The notes: generated by a model not told the origin, from the letters alone. Positions 25,125 to 35,552 are shown, numbered from the stretch's first letter. The stretch: 43,308 bases of DNA from Terriglobia bacterium (GCA_035712125.1 DASTBJ010000013.1:1-43308), one strand, 5' to 3'. Translations and numbers: made by a program.

Positions 25125-25158
25125 GAAACTCTTTGCGAGAAACTGCGGATTCGGTACG

Positions 25159-26460
25159 TCACCGGAACTTGCCGAACACTCTTTCGAAAATGCGATCGAC
25201 GTTTTTCAGGAGTCGCGTCGAGTCGAACACCTTGTCGATTTCCGATGATCCGCAGGCTCTGACGATATCCGGATCGCTCAGCACTTTCTCCCTGAACGTA
25301 CCCCCCTCGTCCCAAACGCGCATGGCGTTGCGCTGAACCCAGCGGTAGGCTTCTTCGCGTGTTATTCCCCTGGACACCAGCTCCAGCAGGAGTTCCCCCG
25401 AGTAAACGAGGCCATGCGTGAGTTCGAGGTTCTCCGCCATGCGTTGGGGGTAAACAACAAGGCGATCGATCAGAGAAGCGGTCTTGTCCAGCAGGTAGTC
25501 CGTGAGAATCGTGGAGTCCGGAAAAATAACGCGCTCGACGGAGGAATGAGAAATATCCCGTTCATGCCACAGCGCCACGTTCTCCATTGCCGCCATGGCG
25601 TTGCTGCGGAGCAGCCTTGCAAGGCCGCAGATCTGTTCCGACGTGATGGGATTCCGCTTGTGCGGCATTGCCGACGAGCCTTTCTGTCCCGGTGAGAAAT
25701 ACTCCTCGGCTTCGCGCACTTCCGTTCGCTGCAGATGCCGGACTTCCAGGGCGATCTTCTCCAGAGTGGCTCCGATCAGCGCCAGAACTGAAATATAGTG
25801 GGCATAGCGATCACGCTGGATCACCTGTGTTGCGACACTCGCAGGTTTCAGCCCCAGCTTCGCGAGAGCCTCCTCTTCGATTTCTGGCGACAAATGCGCA
25901 AAGGTTCCAACCGCGCCCGACAGTTTGCCCACCCTCATCGTTTCCGCAGCTTCGCGGAAACGAGCCTCCTGCCGCCGCACTTCGTCATACCAGAGCGCGA
26001 GTCTTAATCCGAATGTTGTCGGTTCTGCATGGATTCCGTGCGTCCGTCCGACCGCAATGGTGGTCTTGAACTCCAGCGCTCGTTTTTTCAGGATATCGAG
26101 CAGCCGAGTGAGTCCGTCCGCGATGAGCTTTGACGCATCCACGACCTGGAGCGCCATGGCCGTATCGAGCACGTCTGAGGATGTGAGACCGAAATGGAAG
26201 TACCTTGCCGAAGGACCGACAAACTCCGCCACCGACGTCGTGAACGCAATGACATCGTGTTTTGTTTCGAGTTCGATTTGATTGATGCGGTCGACGGAAA
26301 AGTTCGCCTTCTCCCGGATTTCGGCCGCCGCATCCTTCGGAACGATGGCCCTGGCCGCGAGGGTTTCGGTGACGGCGAGTTCGACGTCAAGCCACCTCTG
26401 GTACTTGTTCTGGTCTTCCCAGATCCGGCCCATCGCCGGGCGTGTGTATCTCGGTATCAT
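25159..26460 (-). CDS. purB: adenylosuccinate lyase
   Basis: 433 aa, MIPRYTRPAMGRIWEDQNKYQRWLDVE..., with the GSSAMPHKRNP signature loop. Confidence 0.95.
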   Translation of the reverse strand: MIPRYTRPAMGRIWEDQNKYQRWLDVELAVTETLAARAIVPKDAAAEIREKANFSVDRINQIELETKHDVIAFTTSVAEFVGPSARYFHFGLTSSDVLDTAMALQVVDASKLIADGLTRLLDILKKRALEFKTTIAVGRTHGIHAEPTTFGLRLALWYDEVRRQEARFREAAETMRVGKLSGAVGTFAHLSPEIEEEALAKLGLKPASVATQVIQRDRYAHYISVLALIGATLEKIALEVRHLQRTEVREAEEYFSPGQKGSSAMPHKRNPITSEQICGLARLLRSNAMAAMENVALWHERDISHSSVERVIFPDSTILTDYLLDKTASLIDRLVVYPQRMAENLELTHGLVYSGELLLELVSRGITREEAYRWVQRNAMRVWDEGGTFREKVLSDPDIVRACGSSEIDKVFDSTRLLKNVDRIFERVFGKFR

Positions 26461-26469
26461 TCGGGAAGT

Positions 26470-27255
26470 CTAGCAGAGACGGATTGGAGTCGTGGGTTCC
26501 TGTTGGAGCGTCGTCGTGACATTAGCGGTCAGTCCGCGATGCCGCAGCGCACGCAGGGCTTCCTGCCTCGCGATCTCCGGGTGGTTGTTTCGTTCGCTGA
26601 GGTGTGCCAGCACCATGTGCGACGCGCGGCCGTCATATTGTTCACGGATGAATCTTCCCACTGCGGTGTTGGAGAGATGCCCGTAACGTCCCATCAGTCG
26701 TTGCTTGAGGATCCACGGATAAGGACCAATGCGGAGCATCTCGAGATCGTGATTGGATTCAAGAATCAGGCAGTCTGCGCCCTGGAGATGGTTGGCGACG
26801 GCATCCGACAGGTGCCCGACATCTGTCAGCTGCGTAATACGTAACCCCTGAACGGAAATGCTGAAGGCCGTCGGCTCATTGGCATCGTGGGGAACCGCAA
26901 ACGGCGTGATCTCGGCGTCTCCGACCATGAACGACACGCCAGCCGATATTTGAACGATCTCCGAGCCGTTCATCTCTAAAGTTTCCGGTTCCAGGCCACG
27001 CAACGTTCCCGCGCTCAGGTAGGCGCGGATGCACAGTTCTTTTAGCATTGTGCGTAAGCCGGCGCCGTGATCGTTATGTTCATGTGTGACGAGTACCGCG
27101 TCGATACCGTCGGGATCTTCGCCGATGCTCTCAAGCCGCTTTCCAAGTTCTTTGCGGCTGAGACCGGCATCGATTAGGATCCGGGCGGAGTCGGTTTTGA
27201 TAAACGTCGCGTTTCCCCTGCTTCCGCTGCCGAGCACCGATATCAACACCGCCAT
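26470..27255 (-). CDS. MBL-fold metallo-hydrolase
   Basis: THEHNDH (HxHxDH) motif. 261 aa. It ends 9 nt upstream of purB. Confidence 0.85.
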   Translation of the reverse strand: MAVLISVLGSGSRGNATFIKTDSARILIDAGLSRKELGKRLESIGEDPDGIDAVLVTHEHNDHGAGLRTMLKELCIRAYLSAGTLRGLEPETLEMNGSEIVQISAGVSFMVGDAEITPFAVPHDANEPTAFSISVQGLRITQLTDVGHLSDAVANHLQGADCLILESNHDLEMLRIGPYPWILKQRLMGRYGHLSNTAVGRFIREQYDGRASHMVLAHLSERNNHPEIARQEALRALRHRGLTANVTTTLQQEPTTPIRLC

Positions 27256-27419
27256 GGCTCGGCATTATCGGAAACCTACTGGACAGTTGAGGGGACTCGG
27301 CCTCGAAAATACGATCCCGTCTATGTCCAGCAGGCGTCGTCAGACCGCATGCGCCTGCGGCTTTCCTCGGTCGTGTGGAAAGACGTGAAGGTATTCAGGT
27401 ATCTCTTTCGTTTTAGCGG

Positions 27420-27995
27420 ATGGCAGCATCCCGCGATACAATCGACGAGATGTCACGGTTAAAACCGGTCCTGTTCTTTATCGTCGTGGGGGCGGCAGCC
27501 CTGTTCTTTGTGCTGCGCAAGCCTGTTTCCCCGGAAATCAATGTCGGGGATCCAGCCCCCGAATTTGCGATCAAGGACGAAACCGGCAAAGAGCTGAAGT
27601 TGTCCGATCTTCGTGGCAACGTCGTGTTCCTGAACTTCTGGTACACGACCTGTCTTCCGTGCGTTAAGGAAATGCCGGATATGGAGTTGGTAAACCGCGT
27701 CTTTAAGGATCGAAAATTCAAGATGGTTCCCATCAGCGTGGACACGAACTTCGACGACGTGAAGAAGTTCTATCAGGATCACAAGCTGACCACGATGCCT
27801 ATGTATCTCGATCCCGGCAAGCAGGTCGCCAACCGTTACAATGTCTATAAGTTCCCGGAAACTTACATCATCGATGGCAACGGCATCGTGCTGAAGCACT
27901 ACATCGGCGAAAAGGTCTGGTCAAACGCGACCTACATGAACGTGATCGAGGACTACGTCAGTAAGCAGGAGACGATCGCCCGCGCTTCACAATGA
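27420..27995 (+). CDS. TlpA/ResA-like membrane-anchored thiol:disulfide oxidoreductase
   Basis: TM anchor, then LNFWYTTCLPCVKEMP (CxxC). An alternative start lies at 27450 (MSRLKPV). Its stop overlaps the rlmN ATG (ATGA). Confidence 0.85.
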   Translation: MAASRDTIDEMSRLKPVLFFIVVGAAALFFVLRKPVSPEINVGDPAPEFAIKDETGKELKLSDLRGNVVFLNFWYTTCLPCVKEMPDMELVNRVFKDRKFKMVPISVDTNFDDVKKFYQDHKLTTMPMYLDPGKQVANRYNVYKFPETYIIDGNGIVLKHYIGEKVWSNATYMNVIEDYVSKQETIARASQ

Positions 27996-29011
27996 AGGTT
28001 CTCTTCGACGTTGAGCGCTCAGAACTGGCTGCTCAACTGGTTCCCCCCTATCGAGCATCCCAGATCTTCAAGTCCGTCTACCATCGGTGGATTCAGACTT
28101 TCGAGGAAATGACGGATGTGCCCAAAACGGCCCGCGGTGAATTGTCGCTGTCCTGGCAGATCCAGCCTCCTCCCATTCATCGACGGTTCGAATCCACCGA
28201 TGGAACACGCCGTTATCTCGTGCAGCTCGAAGATGGCGAGCTCGCCGAAACCGTGTTCATCCCCGAGGAGCATCGAAACACCATCTGCATTTCCTCGCAG
28301 GTGGGGTGCGCGCTGGCCTGTACGTTTTGCCTGACGGGTAAGCTCGGGCTGAAGCGTCACCTGACGGCGGGAGAGATCGTGGGACAGGTTGTCGCGGCGC
28401 AGCGCGATAACCTGTCGTGGGACCAACGGGACGCGTTCAATATCGTCCTGATGGGAATGGGCGAACCTCTGCACAATTACGACAATGTCATGAAGGCTCT
28501 GCGCATCCTGCATGATCCCGAAGGCATGAACATGTCGATGAACCGCATCACATTATCGACCGCCGGGATGCTGCCGGCACTGGAGCGTCTCGCGCAGGAG
28601 CCTGTGATCCCGAACCTTGCCATTTCGCTCACCGGAGCGACGAACGAAAAGCGTGACGTCTTGATGCCCATCAATCGACGATATCCGATCGAGGACTTGC
28701 TGGCTGCGGTTCGACGTTTCCCTTTGAAGCACCGCCAGCGGGTCACGTTTGAATACGTGTTGCTTAAGGGCGTGACCGACTCACCCGATGACGCGAAGGC
28801 TCTCGTGAAGCTGCTCAAGGGAATTCCCGCCAAGGTCAATCTCATTCCGCTGAACGAGGCCGAGGAACTGGATTACGAGCGCCCGTCGGATGTCGCCGTC
28901 GAGCGGTTTCAAAATATCCTCGTCGAACATAACATCTCCGCCTTCGTCCGCAAGAATCGTGGGAATGACATTTCAGCAGCGTGCGGCCAACTCATGAAAA
29001 AGTGGGCCTAG
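27992..29011 (+). CDS. rlmN: 23S rRNA/tRNA adenine-C2 methyltransferase, radical SAM (RlmN)
   Basis: CALACTFC radical-SAM motif, GMGEPL, and a C-terminal DISAACGQL motif. Confidence 0.92.
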   Translation: MKVLFDVERSELAAQLVPPYRASQIFKSVYHRWIQTFEEMTDVPKTARGELSLSWQIQPPPIHRRFESTDGTRRYLVQLEDGELAETVFIPEEHRNTICISSQVGCALACTFCLTGKLGLKRHLTAGEIVGQVVAAQRDNLSWDQRDAFNIVLMGMGEPLHNYDNVMKALRILHDPEGMNMSMNRITLSTAGMLPALERLAQEPVIPNLAISLTGATNEKRDVLMPINRRYPIEDLLAAVRRFPLKHRQRVTFEYVLLKGVTDSPDDAKALVKLLKGIPAKVNLIPLNEAEELDYERPSDVAVERFQNILVEHNISAFVRKNRGNDISAACGQLMKKWA

Positions 29012-29018
29012 GCAGGTT

Positions 29019-30089
29019 TCAGTAGGTTTCCTTAAGCCACTGAAAAATAGCGTCAGCTAGCGGCTTGTCCTGGAATACCTGGGCGGTGCCGCCATTGACC
29101 GGTTGGACGAGCGAGCGGAACGTTCCCTTCACGTAAGGTTTGATCGCGTCACTTTGAGCTGCGTCTTCTGTTACCACCATTGCGGCCCGCGGAACGAAGT
29201 CCTGTGAACTTCCCGCCATTTCGAGGCTTTCTTTCGGGTTGGGATTTACCGCGACGACCGATCGTACTTCTCTGAATTTACCGCTCGCAATCAAAGCCAG
29301 GTTGGCGCCCGTCGCGTACCCGACAATGACGATCTTGCTGGAATTCAGCCGAGGCTGTTTTTTCAACCAGTCGAGCGCCGGACCGACATCCAGCGGAAAC
29401 TCTCGCGGGTTGTTCTTCCATTCAGGAACGGCCTGGATGGCTCGCTGATTTTTGGTGAGACTATCTCCGTGACCGCGCAGGTCCAGGGTCATCACGGCCC
29501 AGCCACGTTGCAGGAACTGCTTTCGGAACTCGTCCCACACTTTGCGGTTCTCCCCATAGCCGTGCAGAAACAACACTGCCGGTATCGGTGCTGGAACGCC
29601 CTGAGGCATTTCATACGATGCCTTCAGCTTGACCAGGTCGAACGTCTGCAACTCGGGTCCCGGATCGGAATTTGCGGCTGAAGCCGTCGCAGTCGGAGCG
29701 ACGGCCGTCGTCATATTCAACTGAAAGTTCACCAGATTGTCTTCGCGATCAAGCATCCCCGAAATCGACTTTCGCTCGGAAACGACACCACGGTAATCGG
29801 CTCGAATGTCGTAATTCACGTCCGGTGCAAGTCCGGAGATGGAGTACTTGCCGGCCTCGTCCGTGATCAGATTCCTTGAAATATTCTCATTTGTATTCAG
29901 AACCAGGACGCGGGCTCCTGCGATGGGTTTGCCGTTTTGATCCTGCACACTCCCGTGGATGTTCTTGGTCTTTTCCTGGTTTTTGCGGCCACGATCGGCG
30001 CCGCGAATCGAGATGGACTGCGCGCCGGCAGTCATCGCCGGAAGCAACAACAAGAACAACAGCAGGACCAGGAATTGATTCTTTCTCAT
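29019..30089 (-). CDS. secreted CarboxypepD_reg-like domain fused to an alpha/beta-hydrolase fold that lacks the catalytic Ser and His
   Basis: Start at ATG 30089 (MRKNQFLVLLLFLLLLPAMTAGAQS), overlapping the upstream stop (ATGA). GSVQDQNGKPIAGARV...DEAGKYSISGL is the CarboxypepD_reg pattern. The hydrolase fold shows FLHGYG and DLRGHGDS, but the nucleophile elbow reads GYATG (29307..29321). Confidence 0.75.
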   Translation of the reverse strand: MRKNQFLVLLLFLLLLPAMTAGAQSISIRGADRGRKNQEKTKNIHGSVQDQNGKPIAGARVLVLNTNENISRNLITDEAGKYSISGLAPDVNYDIRADYRGVVSERKSISGMLDREDNLVNFQLNMTTAVAPTATASAANSDPGPELQTFDLVKLKASYEMPQGVPAPIPAVLFLHGYGENRKVWDEFRKQFLQRGWAVMTLDLRGHGDSLTKNQRAIQAVPEWKNNPREFPLDVGPALDWLKKQPRLNSSKIVIVGYATGANLALIASGKFREVRSVVAVNPNPKESLEMAGSSQDFVPRAAMVVTEDAAQSDAIKPYVKGTFRSLVQPVNGGTAQVFQDKPLADAIFQWLKETY

Positions 30090-30619
30090 TTCTTGCTTAA
30101 GAGTTTCTGAATCGTCTTTTCCGTGTCTTCGTATCGTCCGACGCCCGAGTGGCTCAACTGGATCACGCCCTGCTGGTCGATAACGAAATGGGAAGGCCAC
30201 ACATTGCAGAGGTAATCGCTCCAGATGTCATATTTGTTGTCGACCGCGACCGCGTATTGGATTCCTTTTTTCTTCAGGGCTTCCCGGATCTTCGCTTCGT
30301 CTTTCTCATAATCCAGTCGCGGGGTGTGCACCGCAACCACGACCAATCCGTCCTTTGCATACTTCTGATGCCATTCAATCACGCGCGGCGTCGCTTCGGC
30401 GCAGAAGGGACAATCAAAAGCCCAGAACTGGAGCAGCACCACCTTGCCGCGCAGCGATTCGACGGAAAGCGGGGCCGAGTTCAGCCAGACCGGGACTTTT
30501 TTGAACTCCGGCGCCTTTTGTCCCACAAACGCATCTTCTTCGTGCTGGGCAATAGCCACGCTCGTCAAAAGAACCGCGGCGCAAAGGGCCAGAAGCGTTG
30601 TTCGGATTAGCATCGGCAT
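30086..30619 (-). CDS. secreted thioredoxin-fold redoxin
   Basis: Signal peptide, then LLQFWAFDCPFCAEATP (CxxC). Confidence 0.85.
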   Translation of the reverse strand: MPMLIRTTLLALCAAVLLTSVAIAQHEEDAFVGQKAPEFKKVPVWLNSAPLSVESLRGKVVLLQFWAFDCPFCAEATPRVIEWHQKYAKDGLVVVAVHTPRLDYEKDEAKIREALKKKGIQYAVAVDNKYDIWSDYLCNVWPSHFVIDQQGVIQLSHSGVGRYEDTEKTIQKLLSKK

Positions 30620-30707
30620 ATTCTACGCAAAAATAGTGCTCCGGGGAATTCGAGGACAGGGAAATGCAGTAGCAACGCCCGTGGATGACGCGGGAAGAAC
30701 GCAAGCG

Positions 30708-31793
30708 ATGTTACGGCTCGCCCTGGTCAGGGGCATGGGAAACCGGACCATCCATTCTCTGCTGTGCCGATTTCGAATGCCCAACGCCATTTTGGACTGC
30801 CGTCGAGAGGAACTGGAAGCGAATGGAGTGCCACCCGAGGTCGCCGACGATCTCCTATCCCCTCGGTCAGCCGACCGCGCTCTGGAAGAATGGAAAAGGG
30901 CGGAAACCCTCGGGATTCGCATTCTGGACATCCTCGATCCCGGTTACCCCAGTCTTTTGAGGGAGATATACGACCCGCCCGCCATCCTTTATATAAGGGG
31001 TAAATCGTGGGATTCGGCCCTTCCGCAAGTCGCGATTGTCGGGACCCGGAGGCCGACGGGGTATGGCATAAACTGCGCGGAACGGCTGGCCGAAGACCTC
31101 GCGGCCAGAGGCGTCGCGGTCACTTCCGGCCTGGCGCGCGGCATCGATGCCGGAGCGCACCGGGGCGCGCTCCGAGCGGGTGTCACTTATGCGGTCTTCG
31201 GCTCCGGGTTGGACTTTGTTTACCCGCGGGAGAACCGAAAACTCGCGGAAAAAGCGGAAGAAAAAGGCGCGATTGTCTCGGAATTCCCGCTCGGGACTCC
31301 CCCGTCACCCGAGAACTTTCCCATCCGCAATCGCATTATTGCGGGAATGTCGCTGGGCGTGGTCGTCGTGGAGGCGGCGGAATACTCCGGTTCGTTGATT
31401 ACCGCCAGGCTGGCCCTTGAAGGAAGCCGTGAAGTATTTGCCGTTCCGGGCAACATCACCTCGCCGAACAGCTTTGGCCCCCATGTCCTCATTCGTCAGG
31501 GCGCAAAGCTGGTGAGCAGCTGGCAGGACATCATCGAAGAACTGCCCCATCCGGTGAGAGAGCGCGTACTGGTGCCGCTGATTGCACAGATGGAGGCGAC
31601 GCCGCAGCCTCAACTCGAAGGCGCAGAGAAGAGGGTTTGGGACGCGCTTTCGGCGCATGAGGCGGTGGCGATCGACGCGCTTCTGGTGCGGGTATCGCTT
31701 ACCGCAACCGATGTCTACAGTGCTTTACTGAGCATGGAGACATCGAATTTGATCCGCCAACTCCCTGGAAACAAATATGTTCGACGACTCTGA
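30708..31793 (+). CDS. dprA: DNA-processing protein DprA (Smf)
   Basis: Start chosen at ATG 30708 (MLRLALVRGMG). The longer track ORF would run antisense through the redoxin gene. The GTRRPTGYG...SGLARGIDAGAHRGAL Rossmann core is present. The gene lies upstream of topA, a widely conserved arrangement. Confidence 0.9.
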   Translation: MLRLALVRGMGNRTIHSLLCRFRMPNAILDCRREELEANGVPPEVADDLLSPRSADRALEEWKRAETLGIRILDILDPGYPSLLREIYDPPAILYIRGKSWDSALPQVAIVGTRRPTGYGINCAERLAEDLAARGVAVTSGLARGIDAGAHRGALRAGVTYAVFGSGLDFVYPRENRKLAEKAEEKGAIVSEFPLGTPPSPENFPIRNRIIAGMSLGVVVVEAAEYSGSLITARLALEGSREVFAVPGNITSPNSFGPHVLIRQGAKLVSSWQDIIEELPHPVRERVLVPLIAQMEATPQPQLEGAEKRVWDALSAHEAVAIDALLVRVSLTATDVYSALLSMETSNLIRQLPGNKYVRRL

Positions 31794-31843
31794 AAAATCT
31801 CGAGGTTGCTTTTTATTTGCGTCCGCCTTATTAGTTAGCGGGA

Positions 31844-34300
31844 ATGGCTACGAAAAAAATGGCTGCAAAGAAGTCGCTCGTTATAGTGGAATCGCCGGCA
31901 AAGGCGACGACGATCAATAAGTATTTGGGCAAGGATTACGTCGTCAAAGCGTCGCTGGGTCACGTCAAGGATTTGCCAAAGAGCAAGCTGGGCGTGGATC
32001 CTGACAACGACTTTCAGCCGGTGTATGAACAGATCAAGGGCAAGGAAAAGGTCATCAAGGAATTGAAGACCGCAGCCAAGTCGGCGGACAGAATTCTACT
32101 GGCCGCCGACCCGGACCGCGAAGGCGAGGCCATTTGCCAGCATCTTAAAGAGATCCTTAACGGCGAGAAGGCCGAAATCTACCGCGTCCTGTTCAACGAG
32201 ATCACGCCCAAGGCGATCAAGTACGCCGTTGAAAACCCCGGACGGATCAATCAGAAGGTTGTCGATGCCCAGCAGGCACGACGCATTCTGGATCGGTTGG
32301 TCGGTTATCAAATCAGCCCGCTATTGTGGGACAAGGTGCGACGAGGCATCTCCGCGGGCCGGGTGCAGACCGTCGCGTTGCGCCTGATCGTCGAGCGCGA
32401 ACGTGAAATTCAGGCGTTTAAGTCGGAAGAGTACTGGTCCATCTCGGCTCGCCTTGAAGGACACCAGCCGCCACCCTTTGACGCCAGGCTTGCCAAAATC
32501 AAGGGGAAGACCGCGGAGGTCACCAACCAGGAACAGGCGGACCACATTGTAAAGAACCTCGAAGGCGCGGCGTACACTGTCGAATCCGTCGTCACGAAGG
32601 AAAAGAAGCGATACCCGGTTCCTCCTTTCACCACAAGCAAGTTGCAACAGGAGGCCTCTCGCAAGCTGCGCTTCACGGTGAAGAAAACGATGATGCTCGC
32701 CCAGCGTCTTTACGAAGGTATTGAACTCGGCGACGAAGGACGCATCGGTTTGATCACCTACATGCGTACGGATTCCGCGCGCATCTCGGATGAAGCGATG
32801 GAGATGGTCCGTTCCTACGTCTCCGACGTGTACACGGGGCCTTACCTTCCTGAAAAGCCGGTCTTGTACAAGAGTAAGAAAGACGCGCAGGATGCTCATG
32901 AAGCCATACGTCCCACGTTTGTTGGCCGTACTCCCGACGACCTGAAACCGTTCCTTTCCGAAGACGAATACAAGCTGTACCGGCTGATCTGGACACGTTT
33001 TGTGGCGTCGCAGATGAACCCCGCGGTTTACGACCAGACGAGCGTGGAAATCGCTGCGAAGGATTACCTGTTCCGCGCTTCCGGACGCGTGTTGAAGTTC
33101 GACGGGTTCCTCAAGGTTTACGAAGAGACCAGGGACGAAGACGTCGCCACTCCGGAGGATGAGGAGGACATCACGCTGCCTCAACTCGCGCAGGGCGAAA
33201 CGCTGCATTCACTCGGCATCACCCCGCGGCAGCATTTCACTGAGCCGCCACCGCGCTTCACGGAAGCGTCGCTGGTGAAGGCTCTCGAAGAGAAGGGGAT
33301 TGGTCGCCCTTCGACTTACGTCACCATTCTGACGACGATTCAGGATCGGGAATACGTCCAGAAGGATCAGGGGAAGTTCCGTCCCACAGAACTGGGAACG
33401 GTTGTCACAGACCTTCTGGTGCGCCATTTCGAAGACATCTTTGATGTCCAATACACAGCACGCATGGAGGAGGAACTCGACGAGGTCGAAGAAGGCAAAC
33501 TGACGTGGGTTGAAGCGCTGGACGAGTTCTATAAGAAGTTTCAGAAGGACCTGAAGAAAGCGTCCAAGAACATGGAGAATCTCAAAAAGCAGGAGATTCC
33601 CACCGACCAGGTCTGCGAAAAGTGCGGAAGTCCCATGGTGCAAAAGTGGGGACAGTTCGGCAGTTTCCTTGCATGTTCTGCGTACCCGGAATGCAAGAAC
33701 ACCAAGGAAATCGCAAAGGAAGAAGGCGGCGACGCAAAGGAAAACGCGGGAGCGGACGCTGAACCCGATCCGTGCGAAAACTGCGGGCGGCCTATGACGC
33801 TGAAGCGCGGACGCTTCGGTCAGTTCCTGGCCTGCACGGGATATCCCGAATGCAAGACGACTCGCAAAATTGCGTCGGGTGGCGGCGCACCAAAGAAACC
33901 CGATGTCATTCTCGATGAGGTCTGCCCCCAGTGCAAAGAGGCGAAACTGGTCGTGAAGGATGGCAGATTCGGGCTGTTCACATCGTGCAGCAATTACCCG
34001 AAGTGCAAGTACATCAAGCCGAAGACGATTGGAGTGCCCTGCCCGAAGTCCGGTTGCGGCGGCGAGCTGATCGAACGCCGATCGAAGCGCGGCAAAGTTT
34101 TCTACGGCTGCTCAAAGTATCCCGAATGTGATTTCGTGCTCTGGAACAAACCTGTTCCGGAACCGTGCCCTGTGTGCGGCGCTCCCTATCTGATCGAAAA
34201 AACTACCAAGCGCGAAGGAACCATCCGTTACTGCAACGATGAGAATTGCGATTACAAAGTCGCAGTGGAGACCGACAGCCCCGAAGGCGTTGCCTCCTGA
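31844..34300 (+). CDS. topA: DNA topoisomerase I
   Basis: Toprim LVIVESPAKA, active-site ITYMRTDS, and four to five C-terminal C4 zinc ribbons (CEKCG..CSAYPEC, CENCG..CTGYPEC, and so on). Confidence 0.96.
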   Translation: MATKKMAAKKSLVIVESPAKATTINKYLGKDYVVKASLGHVKDLPKSKLGVDPDNDFQPVYEQIKGKEKVIKELKTAAKSADRILLAADPDREGEAICQHLKEILNGEKAEIYRVLFNEITPKAIKYAVENPGRINQKVVDAQQARRILDRLVGYQISPLLWDKVRRGISAGRVQTVALRLIVEREREIQAFKSEEYWSISARLEGHQPPPFDARLAKIKGKTAEVTNQEQADHIVKNLEGAAYTVESVVTKEKKRYPVPPFTTSKLQQEASRKLRFTVKKTMMLAQRLYEGIELGDEGRIGLITYMRTDSARISDEAMEMVRSYVSDVYTGPYLPEKPVLYKSKKDAQDAHEAIRPTFVGRTPDDLKPFLSEDEYKLYRLIWTRFVASQMNPAVYDQTSVEIAAKDYLFRASGRVLKFDGFLKVYEETRDEDVATPEDEEDITLPQLAQGETLHSLGITPRQHFTEPPPRFTEASLVKALEEKGIGRPSTYVTILTTIQDREYVQKDQGKFRPTELGTVVTDLLVRHFEDIFDVQYTARMEEELDEVEEGKLTWVEALDEFYKKFQKDLKKASKNMENLKKQEIPTDQVCEKCGSPMVQKWGQFGSFLACSAYPECKNTKEIAKEEGGDAKENAGADAEPDPCENCGRPMTLKRGRFGQFLACTGYPECKTTRKIASGGGAPKKPDVILDEVCPQCKEAKLVVKDGRFGLFTSCSNYPKCKYIKPKTIGVPCPKSGCGGELIERRSKRGKVFYGCSKYPECDFVLWNKPVPEPCPVCGAPYLIEKTTKREGTIRYCNDENCDYKVAVETDSPEGVAS

Positions 34301-34307
34301 GGCGGGG

Positions 34308-35552
34308 ATGACCCCTGCTGAAATAGCGCACCTGTTCTCGCTAACGAACGAATACCGCTCCATCAAGTACGATTTGCGAAACATCCAAATCCTGCTGGAG
34401 CGTCTCGGCAATCCACATCACACATTTCGTTCTGTCCTGATTGCAGGAACAAACGGAAAGGGATCTGTCGCGGCGATGTTGTCGGCGATGATGCCCGATG
34501 CCGGTCTGTACATATCGCCTCATCTCCGGCGGCTGAATGAACGGTTCAGAATCGGCAGGCAGGAGATCTCGGATGCCGATCTCGCAAACGTCTACGCCGA
34601 GGTATCGGCTGCGGCGAAAGACGTCACGAATTTTCTCTATCCTCCGACTTACTTCGAGATGACGACCGCGATGGCATTCTCGTATTTCCGCGGACGCGTC
34701 GAACTGGCGATTCTGGAAGTCGGAATGGGCGGGCGCCTTGACGCTACAAATGTGGTGAAGCAGGACGTTTCGGTGATCACGGGCATCGGACTCGATCACC
34801 AGCAGTTTTTGGGGGATACGCTTGAGCAGATTGCCGCCGAGAAGGCGGGAATCATAAAGTCGTCCGAGCCTGTGGTGATCGGACCACAGGCGGATTTCGA
34901 CGTTATCCGGGAGCACGCAGGCAACCGGATCCATATGACACAACACCTGGTGCGGGAAGCACGCCCTCTCGGCGGTGGCTTCTTCCAGCTGGATGTGACC
35001 ACGCCGATTCGGCAGTATCGGAACCTTCGGCCTGCGCTCGCCGGCCGGCATCAGCTCGACAACGTTATCGTCGCCATACGAACTGCCGAGTGTCTCCGGC
35101 TTTCACGAGAGGACATTGAGCATGGTGTCAATACAGCGGTTTGGCCCGGAAGGCTGGAACGCGTTCCCGGAAATCCGCCTTTCCTGCTCGACGGCGCGCA
35201 CAATGACATGGCGATGCGTGCCCTCTGCAACACGCTCGCCGAGTTTTATCCGGAAGGTGTGACCGTGATTTTTGGATGTATGGCCGACAAGGATTACGAG
35301 GGCATGCTGGCCCTGCTGAAACCTCACGCGCGGACCATGATCTTCACAAAGGTGGAAGGTGGCCGCGCGAAGAGTCCTGTCGAGCTGCAAGGGCTGTGGC
35401 CCGGGTCACATGTCGCTGCCACTCCGAAGGAGGCAGTCGCGCTGGCGCGAGTGCACGCCGGTTCCGGCACTGTTGTCGTCTGCGGTTCCCTCTACCTCAT
35501 TGGCGAAGTTCGGTCCGTGCTAGAGTCTGAAGGCCATGGCGGTCTTGCTTGA
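34308..35552 (+). CDS. folC: bifunctional folylpolyglutamate synthase / dihydrofolate synthase
   Basis: Start at ATG 34308, just after the topA stop. Mur-ligase P-loop GTNGKGS and a DGAHN motif. Confidence 0.88.
   Translation: MTPAEIAHLFSLTNEYRSIKYDLRNIQILLERLGNPHHTFRSVLIAGTNGKGSVAAMLSAMMPDAGLYISPHLRRLNERFRIGRQEISDADLANVYAEVSAAAKDVTNFLYPPTYFEMTTAMAFSYFRGRVELAILEVGMGGRLDATNVVKQDVSVITGIGLDHQQFLGDTLEQIAAEKAGIIKSSEPVVIGPQADFDVIREHAGNRIHMTQHLVREARPLGGGFFQLDVTTPIRQYRNLRPALAGRHQLDNVIVAIRTAECLRLSREDIEHGVNTAVWPGRLERVPGNPPFLLDGAHNDMAMRALCNTLAEFYPEGVTVIFGCMADKDYEGMLALLKPHARTMIFTKVEGGRAKSPVELQGLWPGSHVAATPKEAVALARVHAGSGTVVVCGSLYLIGEVRSVLESEGHGGLA

Noticed and set aside
28185-28195. GGTTCGAATCC, the canonical tRNA T-loop sequence
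   Set aside because: It lies inside the rlmN coding frame (..RRFEST..). The flanking bases do not form a T-stem (3 of 5 pairs), and no acceptor or anticodon arms are apparent.
7693-30619. Three exported thioredoxin-fold genes in one window (7693, 27420 and 30086), considered as a dispersed paralogous system
   Set aside because: Their active-site motifs (CPIA, CLPC, CPFC) and contexts differ, and the sequences are not close paralogues by eye. Multiple TlpA/redoxin genes are common in such genomes.
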